A stretch of DNA of 64,000 bases from Naegleria gruberi (Eukaryota). Positions 44,110-55,291 of the stretch are shown here, one piece after another. The notes under the pieces were generated by a model that had not been told where the DNA came from, did not search any database, and worked only from the letters and a program-made list of their open reading frames with translations. Position 1 is the stretch's first letter; each line of letters begins with the position of its first letter. The translations under genes were made by a program, and so were the position numbers. The stretch lies in assembly GCA_000004985.1 (NCBI GenBank), contig GG738863.1, one strand, 5' to 3'.

Positions 44110-46250
44110 ATGGTTAAAATTCAAACTCTTATCAAGAATCGATTATCGCAATTTTTTAAGCAACTCGCAACGAGTAGTACCATCATTGTTGGTTATTTGA
44201 TCGGATTGAATAAGGTTGATCAACAAAATGATGAGCAAGTTATTCTCAACTTTATGAAGAGTCTTTCAAATTTTGATCAAGATGAATTGGATTTAATGCA
44301 GCAAGTGATTATTCCGAATGGAATGGACATGTTGGGAATTTATATTACTGCTAATAGTGTTGGAAAATTGTTGGGAGAGGCTGCGTTGAGTGATTTGGTT
44401 CAAAATTTGCCTCTATTGATAAGTAAACAATTCAACAAATTGATCGGAAGAGAATTATTAATAATGGTTGGTGGAGCATCATCAATTGATTTGTATAGAG
44501 TGAGTAAGGACAATAATTGTACAATGGAAAGTTTTGAAGAGTTTTCCGAATTGAATATTATTGGAGATAGAGGAGATTTGTCCAATTTAAAGGAAGATCA
44601 ATTATCTTGTGTGATTGCTCGTGTTCATTGCGATTTGAACATTGTCTATCAAGTAGATTCCAGTAACAAGTCAGAAAATGACTCTACAGTAGAGAGCTTT
44701 AAACGTCAAACTGACAGATTTATTCAAACTTTGAAAAAGCCAGAAAATGTAATATTGAAAACTCTTCCAGAACAATCAGAAACAGCCACCCCTTCTCGTA
44801 AGAATAAGAATGCTCAACAAGCATCCAATAATTTGGTAGCCAGTGTGGAGATTCATGACTCTGCAGAGACTCTCTCACAAAATGTGGAAACCATCTTGCC
44901 AGAAAAACTCTCCCTCATCGATCAATCTACACAACATCTCAAAGTTGATGCCAATTTTAACAAGAAGGAAACTACCAAGAATAAGAAGAAAAAGCTCCCA
45001 AAACAAACCCTTGGAGAATTCCTTAAAACTACAGAAAAATTGAACGATGCCTCACAAACCATGACAACCATTTCTAAAATTCTGCACTTGAATTGTTTTG
45101 TCAGCATGGCTCCAAATCAATATAGTACCGAGCAAGGAATTGTCATTTCAACAGACAAAAAACTCACAAATTGTACCATCAGCTTGGAATCTTCATCTTA
45201 TATTCCAGTAAGTGCTTTAAAGAAATCACTCTCCCTTGGAAGAATTCGTGAAATTGTCATTGAAGGATTAATCAAACAACTCGTCTATATTAGTAACAAT
45301 ATTGGAAAGGGATTCCTTGTTACAAGTGTTGGAGCTAACAAGTCTTTAAAGAATATTGGATTTTACCAATTCCTTCCAAAGGATTATCCTCACATTTTCA
45401 CATGTTGCTACCCATTCTACAGTGAAGATCTCGTTTTTGAACAACGAAATGAACAATATTGCATCAAATTGAGAGAGGAATATCACAAGAGACTCTACTT
45501 TTCACTCAAGCAACCATTCATTAGAACTAATCAGGCATTGGCTTTTGGACGCTCTTCCAAATCCAAAGTTAGTGATTTTAACAAGAAGATCTTGAATGTT
45601 CACAATTATGTTGGCTATCCTTCCACAATCAAATCATCAGGAGCCAATAATTTACATCTTGTTCGTGGCGACTATTTATATGCTCACTATTGCCAAGATA
45701 AATTCAATGATGAAGGATGGGGATGTGCCTACAGAAGTCTTCAAACACTTATTTCACATGCTCAATATCATTCTGGTTCTCTCGTTGTCAACTTGCCAAC
45801 CCATGATGAAATTCAAAAGTGTCTAGTAGATTGTGGAGATAAGCAAAGTCCTTCTTGGGCTCTTCTCAATGGATTGGCGCTTTTGAAAATACCATTGTTC
45901 TGGAAAAGTGGTGCGGTATTCAAAGTAAAGTTCTGTATGTAAATAGAGGTGATGAAATGAATTCACATGCAAGAGCCATCGCCAATCACTTTGATGTTAA
46001 TGGTAGTCCAATTATGATAGGAGGTGGTGTTCTTGCATACACCATGTTGGGAATTGAATTTGATGAAATGACTGGAGAGGTATCCTACCTCATTTTGGAT
46101 CCTCATTTCACTGGTAGTATTAGTGACCCAGAATATTTGGAAGATGTCATTTCAGGAGGATGGTGCGGATGGAAGACCAGAGAACAAGTATTCAAAGATA
46201 GTGTCTTTTACAATTTGTGTATGCCTCAATTAACAGCAGATTCTGTTTAA
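44110..46250 (+). CDS. UFSP-like (Ufm1-specific protease, peptidase C78) gene with a -1 frameshift near 45850 that splits it into two overlapping ORFs (44074-45942 and 45855-46250)
   Basis: N-terminal MPN-like IVGYLIGLNK…MLGIYIT. The catalytic region CQDKFNDEGWGCAYRSLQTL sits in frame A. …SSQWIGAFENTIVL…GSPIMIGGGVLAYTMLGIEFDEMTGEVSYLILDPHFTG…GGWCGWK…YNLC sits in frame B. No GT…AG intron fits the junction. Confidence 0.65.
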
Positions 46251-46277
46251 ATAAATCAGTTTACAAAAAATAATTTA

Positions 46278-49038
46278 TTACAATTTCATAAAGTGTTTAC
46301 CTGTGACTGGACAAACGTTCATGTTTTTAGCACAAATATAATGTGTAACGACACCATTAGGATAACAAACAAAGGCACTCATACCTAATTTCTTATTGCA
46401 CACTGCACAAGTTCTATCTGGTTTAACCTTTACAACTCTCTTTCTTTCCTTAATGACTTCTTCGTGAACTTGGAGATTCTCAGATCGATTGATATTTTTC
46501 ATAATTTGAGCACGTCTCTTTTGTTCCGTATGGCACCTCAGAGTTGCTTCAAAGTACTTCATCAAATCAGATATTGGAACATTTTCTGGGAGCAATTTAA
46601 TTGCCTTGATCAAGTCAATCTTTGAAAAGTGACGTTCCAATAATCCAATAGCATCTTCAAAGAATAAATTGTTTTCTGTACTGGCACTTTGCTTTAAAAT
46701 CATATTGAGAAGAATGATAAATATTTCCCTACTTTCTTCACTTCCATCTGGATTATAGTGTTGCTCGCAATATTTCTCAGCCTTATCCATACTTTCCAAT
46801 TTGGTAACATAGATAGTCAGAGCTTGGGAGTGTCTATTAATCTTACTCAACAAAATAGCTCTCTCTTCGTACAGGGAATCGAATGGGAATCTCGAAAGCA
46901 TCTTTTCAGAGTGGTAAAAAGTAGAGTGGGTCAAAAAGTCGTTCATTCTACGCTTGACATCCTTAACTGGTTGAAGGAGTCCAGGAATACTATCTTCCTC
47001 ATAGTTGGATGCTGATGTTGAGTATTTGGTCACATATTCCAAATAGTACAATAAAAGTTGATTGTGAAGGTTTGGATCCACAGATTTTTCAACCTTAATC
47101 AAGTGTTCCAAATAGGCAATCTTCATGGCCAGAGCATGATCAAACAAATCCAAGTGAGATAAAATTTCATTTACACTAATTGGACAATTTGGTACTTGGA
47201 AAATCTTTAAACCACGAAGTGGCTCAGCACTGAGTACCCACTTTGAGAATTCTAAAATGTACTGTTGTCCTTCTCCAACCTGTTGTAATTCCTTCAAATA
47301 GTTAATAGTTGGCATGACACCAATCAAGTCGGTGTAAATAGATGTTGCTGATGACTTGTCTCCCAATAATTTCAACAATTCAAGAGCTCTATCGTGCAAC
47401 CCTTTGGTCTTGTAGAAGAGAACCAACTCTCTAAACTTTTGATGGGAGTGGAGGGTCTTTTGACTGTCCATAATGTTACAATGATTTGGTTGGGTGATAA
47501 AATCTTCAACGTGAGGGTCATTAGTGTATAAAAGTGCCTTCAATAATGCTGTATCAACTGCCTCAGCTTCATCTAGAGCTTGCTCATTCAAATCCTTTTC
47601 TGTTGTTCTTCTGTGAAGCAAGTATTGAATCAGGGCTTGAAGGGCCTTATTTCTTTGTTCAATATCCTTTAAAAAGTGATCAATCTTTCGTTGCTCTTCA
47701 GAAGTGTAAGGGAGGGAGAATTTAAATGAAGATTTTGGTGGTAACAAATCAGGGAAGAGTGAAATAATCATACGTGGATCATCTTTAGTCTTATCAAAAT
47801 GTTCCATTGCCTTGTCAAATTCACCTTTGGCAAACAAGTGAAAACCAAATTGTGTGTGAATGGAACTAACTCTCCAATCTTCAATCTTATATCTGGTATT
47901 CTCTACAGTATTACAGAGATGGAGAGCCAATTCAAATTGTTGATTGGATAAGAGTTCTCCAGCTTGCAAATCAAATTGTTTCATTACCATAACATAGATG
48001 GAACTCTTTGAAGCGAGGAAAATTCTATTTTCTGGATCAATGGTGTCATCTCTGTCGAGTTCATTTCTTACCTTGAATCCAACACCCATACCATGATCCA
48101 TATTTTCTGGATGATCCAAATCAATGAAATTCTGTTGACTTGTTGTAATGATATCCTTGAGTGGAAGACTCTGAATGAAAGTATCCTTTTTCACAGTGGT
48201 ACTCAAAATTCTAACCTCAACAAAAACAGAGAGTGGTGCAATGAGGTATGGTTTCAAATAGCCAATCATGTTTGGAGCTTCACTCCATCCAATACCATGT
48301 GATCGTGAAGGTTTACCAGAAAAGTTGATGGTCACACCAATTCCATTCAAAACCACAATAGTTTCATTGGGAAGTGATAATCCAAGAGTATTTTGTTGTG
48401 AAACACCTGTATCGAAAAGTTTTTGTGGCATGGCAGATGGCTTTAATACATCAATTAATGAATATTCCTTTTTGAAACCAACACAGAGCTTGTCGCCACT
48501 CCAATTCAAAGATTTGGCAGCATCTGGCAGAACCAATTCCTGTTGATATTTAAATTTAGATTCCTTACTACCATATTCAAAGATTGAAATCTTTTTCTTT
48601 GATGCAACTGCCATTGTAAATTCACCATTGTGCTTTTTCAGAGCAAAAAACATGCATCCCTTCAATTGATTTTGCTATCAATTTAATTACACTCAAAATA
48701 TTCCAAATTATTCTTACCTTTAAATTCTTGAGTGTATCAATTTCACTCAACATTCCGAGAGTATATACTTTAATAAATCCATCTGTCAAACAAATCAACA
48801 TTCCCAATTCTGGAACTGAGCACATTTGAGTGATTGGCTTTTTGCTAAATTGTTTCTTTTGACTGTCCAGAGCACAAGTAAACTTTTCCTTGTTTGCCTT
48901 TTTATCATATCGAATATTGTAAAGGGATAAGGTACCATCAGTGGTGGCCACAAAAAGAGTATTGCACCACACACACAATGATTCTACCTTTCCCAATCCA
49001 TCCAATAATTGGAAATATTCAAAGGCTGTATGTCCCAT
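46278..49038 (-). CDS. Vam6/Vps39/TRAP1-like tethering-complex subunit (CNH domain + helical repeats + C-terminal zinc-binding tail). Two exons: 49038-48718 and 48674-46278. Intron 48717-48675 (43 nt; alternative acceptor at 48660), ~905 aa
   Basis: N-terminal MGHTAFEYFQLLDGLGKVESLCVWCNTLFVATTDGTLSLY (CNH-like). C-terminal CAVCNKKLGMSAFVCYPNGVVTHYICAKN. Donor GTAAGA; the 43-nt choice matches the local intron size. Confidence 0.7.
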
Positions 49039-49929
49039 TGTTTTAATAAATTATTCTTCTTCCGAATATAAAATCCAACAAATTAATTTCCTATAACTAT
49101 TGTGTCTCTGATCTTGTTCAACAATTCCGTTCTTTCGATCTATCGTATTTGATGCTGATGATAATATTTTCAGAGTTTGATTATTATTATCGTGTGATGA
49201 CCAAGAAGAACGAGAAAAGATTTTTTTATAAAATTAAAATTGAATTTTATTGTTTTAAAAAAAACTAATAAAAGATTTTATTTGTTCCAGCCAACAGAAA
49301 GCTGTTTTTTACCTTCTTCTCATTACTGTTCGTGTCGATTTGATAGCGATTTGATGGATTGTATTTTAATTGATTGTGCCTCTCTTAAAGCGGAGGTAAC
49401 TACTTTCTTCTACAAACTTGTATGTGCGGAGAAGGAAATCCTCGTGCTTCCTCTCTTCATATCTTCATAATAAAAAGTTTATTCTTCAAAATATTTAATA
49501 GATAAGAGATTATCAAAAAATTTGCCAACCAACCACCAGATTCTGTTTGATTAGCAAAATCCGCTTTGCAATTGTTTATTCACTGCGTTTTAAATACGTT
49601 TTCTTCATCATCAGAGAGAGTGGTTTTTAAAAAGTTGTGTGTTTGGTTTAATCAATAGTACAATTCACTAGAACAATAACAACAAATCTTCATCATTAAC
49701 TTCTCTCTAGGTTTTACTTACAATATCAAGTAATATATTAAAGCGCACATCTTATATCTAATAAGGAGAACAACAAGTCTACTACTATTAGAATAATATT
49801 ATTTAAATTATTTACACACCACCATCATAATACAAATTGGTAACAATACGGAAGGATAACAATTTAATTATCATCAACTACCATCATTAATTTAAACAAC
49901 ATCACATCAAAATATAAAAGCGAATAACA

Positions 49930-51009
49930 ATGCTGTCAGATTCTAATTCCTTCATGATGGAAGATCAACAAATGCCTCCTTCTTCGTCATCTTCTTCTGC
50001 TTCTTCTTCCCCTGCTCCTTCCTCTCCACTTTCACCTCATCATACAGCAACTTTTGAAACAAACATGCTTGATGAATATGGAAGCAGTATCAATCACCCT
50101 TCTAAGCCACTTAACACAACAAATACAGCAACAACAACACTAAATAATGCATCCAACAATAATATAGAACACATGAGATCAGCTGGCAATGATGATTCTT
50201 TACCACCTATTGCTTCCATACCACCAAACAATTCAACTTCTCGTGTTGTTAATGTTGGGCCAATTATGAATGCAATTCAAGCTTATAGTGGTAATAATGG
50301 TAATAGTACACTTGTTGATAATGTAAATGTCAGAATATCCTCCGCCTCATCTTCATGTTCAACCATTTCAGATCATTCTATGAATAATACAATGATTAAT
50401 GGACAAGCACCAAAACCACTTAATGATTTTGAAAATGTATTTGCTAGTTTCAAGAAGAGAAATAGAGAACAATACGAAAATAATAATCAATCCTCGTCAT
50501 CATCTGATCCAGTTTCATATATTAGAGATTTGGAAGATAAAATTGATTTTATGGCACAATTAGTCACTATTCAATCTGCCAAAATGAGAAAGATGGAAAT
50601 GAGATTGAAAAAATTGGAAAACTTACTTCCTCAATCAGGGGATGAATTTGTAAATTCAGGCAATCTTCATCGTATGCCACATAGTGATGAGTTATCATCA
50701 ATTAGTGATGATATACCAACATTTTCAGCACCAAAGAAGGAAAAGGGTAATAGACAACCTAATGCCTATAATATTTTCATGAAGGGAGAAATTCAACGTA
50801 TTCGAACAACTCACACAGAATTAACACAAAAACAGGCATTTAAACTTGCTGCCAATAATTGGACTTTGAAGAAATCTGAAATCCTTGGAGCTTCAAATGG
50901 TTCACAGAAAAAACCAGACGACAGAACTAGCACAGTAAGCACACCTAGTGATACTACCATGGCAGATTCACTTTCTGAAACACCACTCAATCAACTTGAC
51001 GAAAAGTAA
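49930..51009 (+). CDS. HMG-box-like / YABBY-like DNA-binding domain protein (359 aa) with a coiled-coil and an S/N-rich N-terminus
   Basis: PKKEKGNRQPNAYNIFMKGEIQRIRTTHTELTQKQAFKLAANNW aligns by eye with the YABBY consensus PSAYNRFIKEEIQRIKA.NPDISHREAFS.AAKNW and with HMG boxes. Coiled-coil IRDLEDKIDFMAQLVTIQSAKMRKMEMRLKKLENLL. Confidence 0.55.
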   Translation: MLSDSNSFMMEDQQMPPSSSSSSASSSPAPSSPLSPHHTATFETNMLDEYGSSINHPSKPLNTTNTATTTLNNASNNNIEHMRSAGNDDSLPPIASIPPNNSTSRVVNVGPIMNAIQAYSGNNGNSTLVDNVNVRISSASSSCSTISDHSMNNTMINGQAPKPLNDFENVFASFKKRNREQYENNNQSSSSSDPVSYIRDLEDKIDFMAQLVTIQSAKMRKMEMRLKKLENLLPQSGDEFVNSGNLHRMPHSDELSSISDDIPTFSAPKKEKGNRQPNAYNIFMKGEIQRIRTTHTELTQKQAFKLAANNWTLKKSEILGASNGSQKKPDDRTSTVSTPSDTTMADSLSETPLNQLDEK

Positions 51010-51261
51010 AGATTTAATTTTTCAAATATGATGACCCATTCATCAGATTTACTATTATCAAGAGTTGACCAACCTGGCCATTCAAAATTTCTATTTCTTC
51101 TAGGAAAGGATGTGGATTGCCTCTTGGATTTGATGAGAAAAAGGTCTTTTTAGATTTTTCAAAGAAAAAGAATCTTCACAACTCATGTTTCCTAATACCA
51201 ACAACATTCAATAATTTATTATCATTTTGCAAAACAGAAATATACTTTAACAGATAATAAT

Positions 51262-52783
51262 ATGGCATTCGGATCGTGCGNNNNNNNNNNNNNNNNNNNN
51301 NNNNNNNNNNNNNNNNNNNNNNNNNNNNNNNNNNNNNNNNNNNNNNNNNNNNNNNNNNNNNNNNNNNNNNNNNNNNNNNNNNNNNNNNNNNNNNNNNNNN
51401 NNNNNNNNNNNNNNNNNNNNNNNNNNNNNNNNNNNNNNNNNNNNNNNNNNNNNNNNNNNNNNNNNNNNNNNNNNNNNNNNNNNNNNNNNNNNNNNNNNNN
51501 NNNNNNNNNNNNNNNNNNNNNNNNNNNNNNNNNNNNNNNNNNNNNNNNNNNNNNNNNNNNNNNNNNNNNNNNNNNNNNNNNNNNNNNNNNNNNNNNNNNN
51601 NNNNNNNNNNNNNNNNNNNNNNNNNNNNNNNNNNNNNNNNNNNNNNNNNNNNNNNNNNNNNNNNNNNNNNNNNNNNNNNNNNNNNNNNNNNNNNNNNNNN
51701 NNNNNNNNNNNNNNNNNNNNNNNNNNNNNNNNNNNNNNNNNNNNNNNNNNNNNNNNNNNNNNNNNNNNNNNNNNNNNNNNNNNNNNNNNNNNNNNNNNNN
51801 NNNNNNNNNNNNNNNNNNNNNNNNNNNNNNNNNNNNNNNNNNNNNNNNNNNNNNNNNNNNNNNNNNNNNNNNNNNNNNNNNNNNNNNNNNNNNNNNNNNN
51901 NNNNNNNNNNNNNNNNNNNNNNNNNNNNNNNNNNNNNNNNNNNNNNNNNNNNNNNNNNNNNNNNNNNNNNNNNNNNNNNNNNNNNNNNNNNNNNNNNNNN
52001 NNNNNNNNNNNNNNNNNNNNNNNNNNNNNNNNNNNNNNNNNNNNNNNNNNNNNNNNNNNNNNNNNNNNNNNNNNNNNNNNNNNNNNNNNNNNNNNNNATT
52101 TATTGTGGAATGATTATTTGAATTCTGTTCAACAATTTCAATTGGAACCCAATAATACTCATCATTATCATCCATTGAAAACATTCAAGGCGAGAGTGAA
52201 GAATTTCTCTGGAGTTTTACTTTCCTCTCCAACAATTTCAATGAGTTTCATATATAATCAGGTATTTTGGATTACACCTTATGGAAAGGGTGATTCGTCC
52301 AATAATTTTGAATATTATAGGGAGAGAATTGAGAGAGCTATTTCAAATTTCAATTTGCATGTGTTAAAGTTTTTGGTTGTGCCTGTTTTACGGATATTCC
52401 CTTCACTTCCATTGTATCCACCATTTGGAATACCGTGTGCTCAACCAAAATGCAGAGAACGTTTCCAAAATGATGCTCTACTTTACAAGGGCTACTGGAA
52501 GAGTTCAACATCTATTTCCATTTTGGAAGAGATGAGGAGTGTGAAAATTTTACTGGCCTCCTTTAATCCTGACCAATCTCAATCCACACAGAACGTACCC
52601 ACACTCATTGTATACGGAGAATCTGATAATTTCTTCTCGTGGGACGAAACTAAACATCTCTTCTCCAAACATTTTCAAAATATAACATGGAAATCATATC
52701 CCAATCTTAAACACGACGTTTTCCATGAGGATGTTAAAGAACCAGTGTGCAGAGATTTATACAACCTTGTTGTAAGAAACTGA
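51262..52783 (+). CDS. Alpha/beta-hydrolase (MGLL/lysophospholipase-like) gene interrupted by an 817-N gap; only the C-terminal ~225 aa (52098-52783) and a possible start (51262 MAFGSC) are visible
   Basis: C-terminal PTLIVYGESDNFFSWDETKHLF…NLKHDVFHE (Asp/His region of hydrolase_4). The frame across the gap is unknown. Confidence 0.45.
51281..52097. other. Assembly gap (817 N)
   Basis: Run of n. Confidence 0.99.
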
Positions 52784-53132
52784 AACTCATTATAATCCTC
52801 AGTAATGATAATGACTGACGACTGATTGGTTTTTATCACACAATTGAATATTAAACCTATTCAATATATTTATACTGTCCTCACTACAGCCACACCTCAA
52901 AATCTGCTTAATTGTTCTTATTTGTGACTCGAATCCACATTTTGAAACTGCAAACTTTGAAACATTTTTTAGATCTACTAGAATCTTTCAACGAACTCTT
53001 TCTGAACATTTAAATGTAACAAAACAGGAAGCTGATCATAATGTAACTTTCCAGTAGTAACGAAAATAATCTTTTTGTTCTTCTCTTCTAGTATAAAAAA
53101 CGCGGTCGGTTCCATTGTGTGAAAAAACTTGT

Positions 53133-55046
53133 ATGCCATCAATTGTTAATCTCCAAAAGAAAATGAGAACTACACATTTCAAACATACCAGAAGAGTTGT
53201 TCAGTTATCGATGGTGATGAACAACAAGGAGAGTACAGTAGCTGCTTTGTTGAAGAGCAAGCATACGGGTTCATTGGTTTCGAATAGTGTGAGAAACAAG
53301 ATGGAAATCAGTCATGCCAATCTATCACCAATTAAACCATACATGCAAGAGGAAGATGTTGAATACCAACAACACGAACAACATCAAGTAGCAGTGTTAC
53401 ACGAAAATATGTACTTACATTTAGGTAACTTTCGAATGGAAAGAGCTTTAGAAGAATGGTCAAACATCTTTTCTCCAGATCAAATCTGTACTGATCCAAA
53501 CATGCTAAAGACATTACTACAAGATTGCTCTGCCATGGAACAAGTCAACCAAGTAAGAGCTGTCATTTATCCAACTGATAAAGAACAAATTGTGAAACTT
53601 GTCAAGATTTCCAACAAATTCAAAATTCCAATCTATCCAGTGAGTACAGGTAATAACTGGGGATATGGCAGTATGAATCCACCTCCTCAACATGACGTGT
53701 CAACCAACTCTGTTCGAGAAGGAATCATCTTGAACATGTCAAGAATGACAGAAATCAAATTTGACATCAAAAGTGGTGTAGTAACAGTTCAACCAGGAGT
53801 AACCCAACGTTTACTCAATCAATATCTTAAAGACAATAACCTCTCCTATCTCATACCTGTCACTGGTGGTGGACCTGACACAAGTCTACTGGGAAATGCC
53901 CTAGAGAGAGGTTATGGAATTACTCCACATGCTGATCACTTTTCTGCTTGTATGTCTCTAGAGGCAATTCTACCAAATGGAGAAGTTTACAATTCAATGC
54001 TTCATCAAATGGGAGCTCCACAAATAGATAAACTCTATAAATGGGGAACAGGTCCGTATGTTTGTGGAATTTTCACTCAGGGTAATTTTGGTATTGTAAC
54101 AGAGATGAGTATTGCGTTGGCTACTAGACCTGAAAGGGTGGAGGCATTCTTTTTTGCAGTGGATGAGTTGGATGTTGGAGTTCAGAAAGTTAAGGAGATT
54201 TTAACCAAAATTGGAAATGTTACTGGTTCCATTAATTTGATGAATAATAGAAGGATGATTTCAATGACACTTCCTTATCCGAAAGAAAAGATTGGGAAGG
54301 ATCAGGTAATTCCTGACGAAATGCTTTCGAATATGCAAAAAAGTATTGGAGTTTCGAACTGGAATGGTGCGGGAACCATTTATGGAAGTGAACAAGTTGT
54401 GAAAGCTGCCAAGAAGGAAATCAAAAAGATTTTGAAACAATCCACTAGAAAAATTATCTTTCTCAATCCAAAAGAAACCTCAACTTACTGTTCCATTCTA
54501 GATAAGGTTAGTTTCGTCCAGAATATTCCAATTGTCAAAGCTCTGTACGCTGTCAATGAAAGCTTAAAATTAATGAATGGAGAACCAAGTCAAGTTGCTC
54601 TTCCATTGGCTTATTGGAAAGCTGGGAAGAAACCAACAGAGAAACCAATGAATCCATCACAGGATGGTTGCGGACTTTTATGGTTTGCTCCATTGGTTCC
54701 ACTTCATCCAGAAAATGTTCAGGAATTTGTAGAGTTGGCTCAACGTGTCTGTATTAAGCATGGTATTGAACCACTCATCACTTTGACAAGTATGAACGAC
54801 AGGGCATGTGACAGCACTATTCCAATATTATTTGACAGGTCAGATCCAGAACAAGTCAAAAAAGCTCATCAATGTTTTGATGAATTATTTGAAGAAGGAT
54901 CCAAGTTGGGTTATGTACCTTATAGATTAAATGTAAATGCTATGCGAAAGGTTTCAGATAGAAAGGCAGTTCCATCCATTTTGAAATCTTTAAAAACTGC
55001 AATCGATCCAAATAATATCATTGCTCCAGGAAGATATGGTTTGTAA
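53133..55046 (+). CDS. FAD-linked oxidase (PCMH-type FAD-binding domain; vanillyl-alcohol-oxidase / D-lactate-dehydrogenase superfamily), ~637 aa
   Basis: RAVIYPTDKEQIVKLVKISNKFKIPIYPVSTGNNWGYGS…VTVQPGVTQRLLNQYLKD…IPVTGGGPDTSLLGNALERGYG. Start uncertain: ATGs at 53133 or 53163, and the track start at 53115 is a TTG. Confidence 0.7.
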   Translation: MPSIVNLQKKMRTTHFKHTRRVVQLSMVMNNKESTVAALLKSKHTGSLVSNSVRNKMEISHANLSPIKPYMQEEDVEYQQHEQHQVAVLHENMYLHLGNFRMERALEEWSNIFSPDQICTDPNMLKTLLQDCSAMEQVNQVRAVIYPTDKEQIVKLVKISNKFKIPIYPVSTGNNWGYGSMNPPPQHDVSTNSVREGIILNMSRMTEIKFDIKSGVVTVQPGVTQRLLNQYLKDNNLSYLIPVTGGGPDTSLLGNALERGYGITPHADHFSACMSLEAILPNGEVYNSMLHQMGAPQIDKLYKWGTGPYVCGIFTQGNFGIVTEMSIALATRPERVEAFFFAVDELDVGVQKVKEILTKIGNVTGSINLMNNRRMISMTLPYPKEKIGKDQVIPDEMLSNMQKSIGVSNWNGAGTIYGSEQVVKAAKKEIKKILKQSTRKIIFLNPKETSTYCSILDKVSFVQNIPIVKALYAVNESLKLMNGEPSQVALPLAYWKAGKKPTEKPMNPSQDGCGLLWFAPLVPLHPENVQEFVELAQRVCIKHGIEPLITLTSMNDRACDSTIPILFDRSDPEQVKKAHQCFDELFEEGSKLGYVPYRLNVNAMRKVSDRKAVPSILKSLKTAIDPNNIIAPGRYGL

Positions 55047-55140
55047 ATAGATTTAAATCTCATAAAACCAAAAAACTAATGGTTAACAAACCGTTCACTT
55101 GTATTCGAAAGTTGAAATAATATGAAATTATCATAAAAAG

Positions 55141-55212
55141 AGAGGTATCGGCGATTCGAACCCCGGACCTGAAGATGTGCTGTCTACCGCTCTCCCACTG
55201 AGCTAATACCCC
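55141..55212 (-). tRNA. tRNA-like gene, closest to tRNA-Cys(GCA), with non-canonical features; possibly a pseudogene
   Basis: Minus strand GGGGTATTAGCTCAGTGGGAGAGCG…GGTTCGAATC…ATACCTCT. Acceptor stem 7 bp with one G-U. A-box and B-box are present, and a T5 run follows immediately after the 3' end. BUT the anticodon loop reads CAGCACA (A at 33, C at 37), and there are a T·T mismatch in the anticodon stem and a G·G mismatch in the T stem. Confidence 0.55.
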
Positions 55213-55291
55213 CTTGGTTGACTTTATTAAATATCCATATTAACATTTTACAAAATATTATTATTTTACAATTTAAAACAATACAAAAAAA

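Noticed and set aside
48660-48674. Alternative acceptor for the Vps39 intron (48660 instead of 48675)
   Set aside because: Both keep the frame. I chose the 43-nt intron because it matches the local intron-size mode. Needs cDNA.
51222-52184. ORFs crossing the 817-N gap on both strands (MFSMDDNDEYYWVPIEIVEQ… X-run; MAFGSC… X-run)
   Set aside because: Reading frames across Ns are meaningless. Only the flanking real sequence was used.
55141-55212. tRNA on the + strand
   Set aside because: The + strand lacks A/B boxes. The minus strand carries GGTTCGAATC and TAGCTCAGTGG in the correct spacing.
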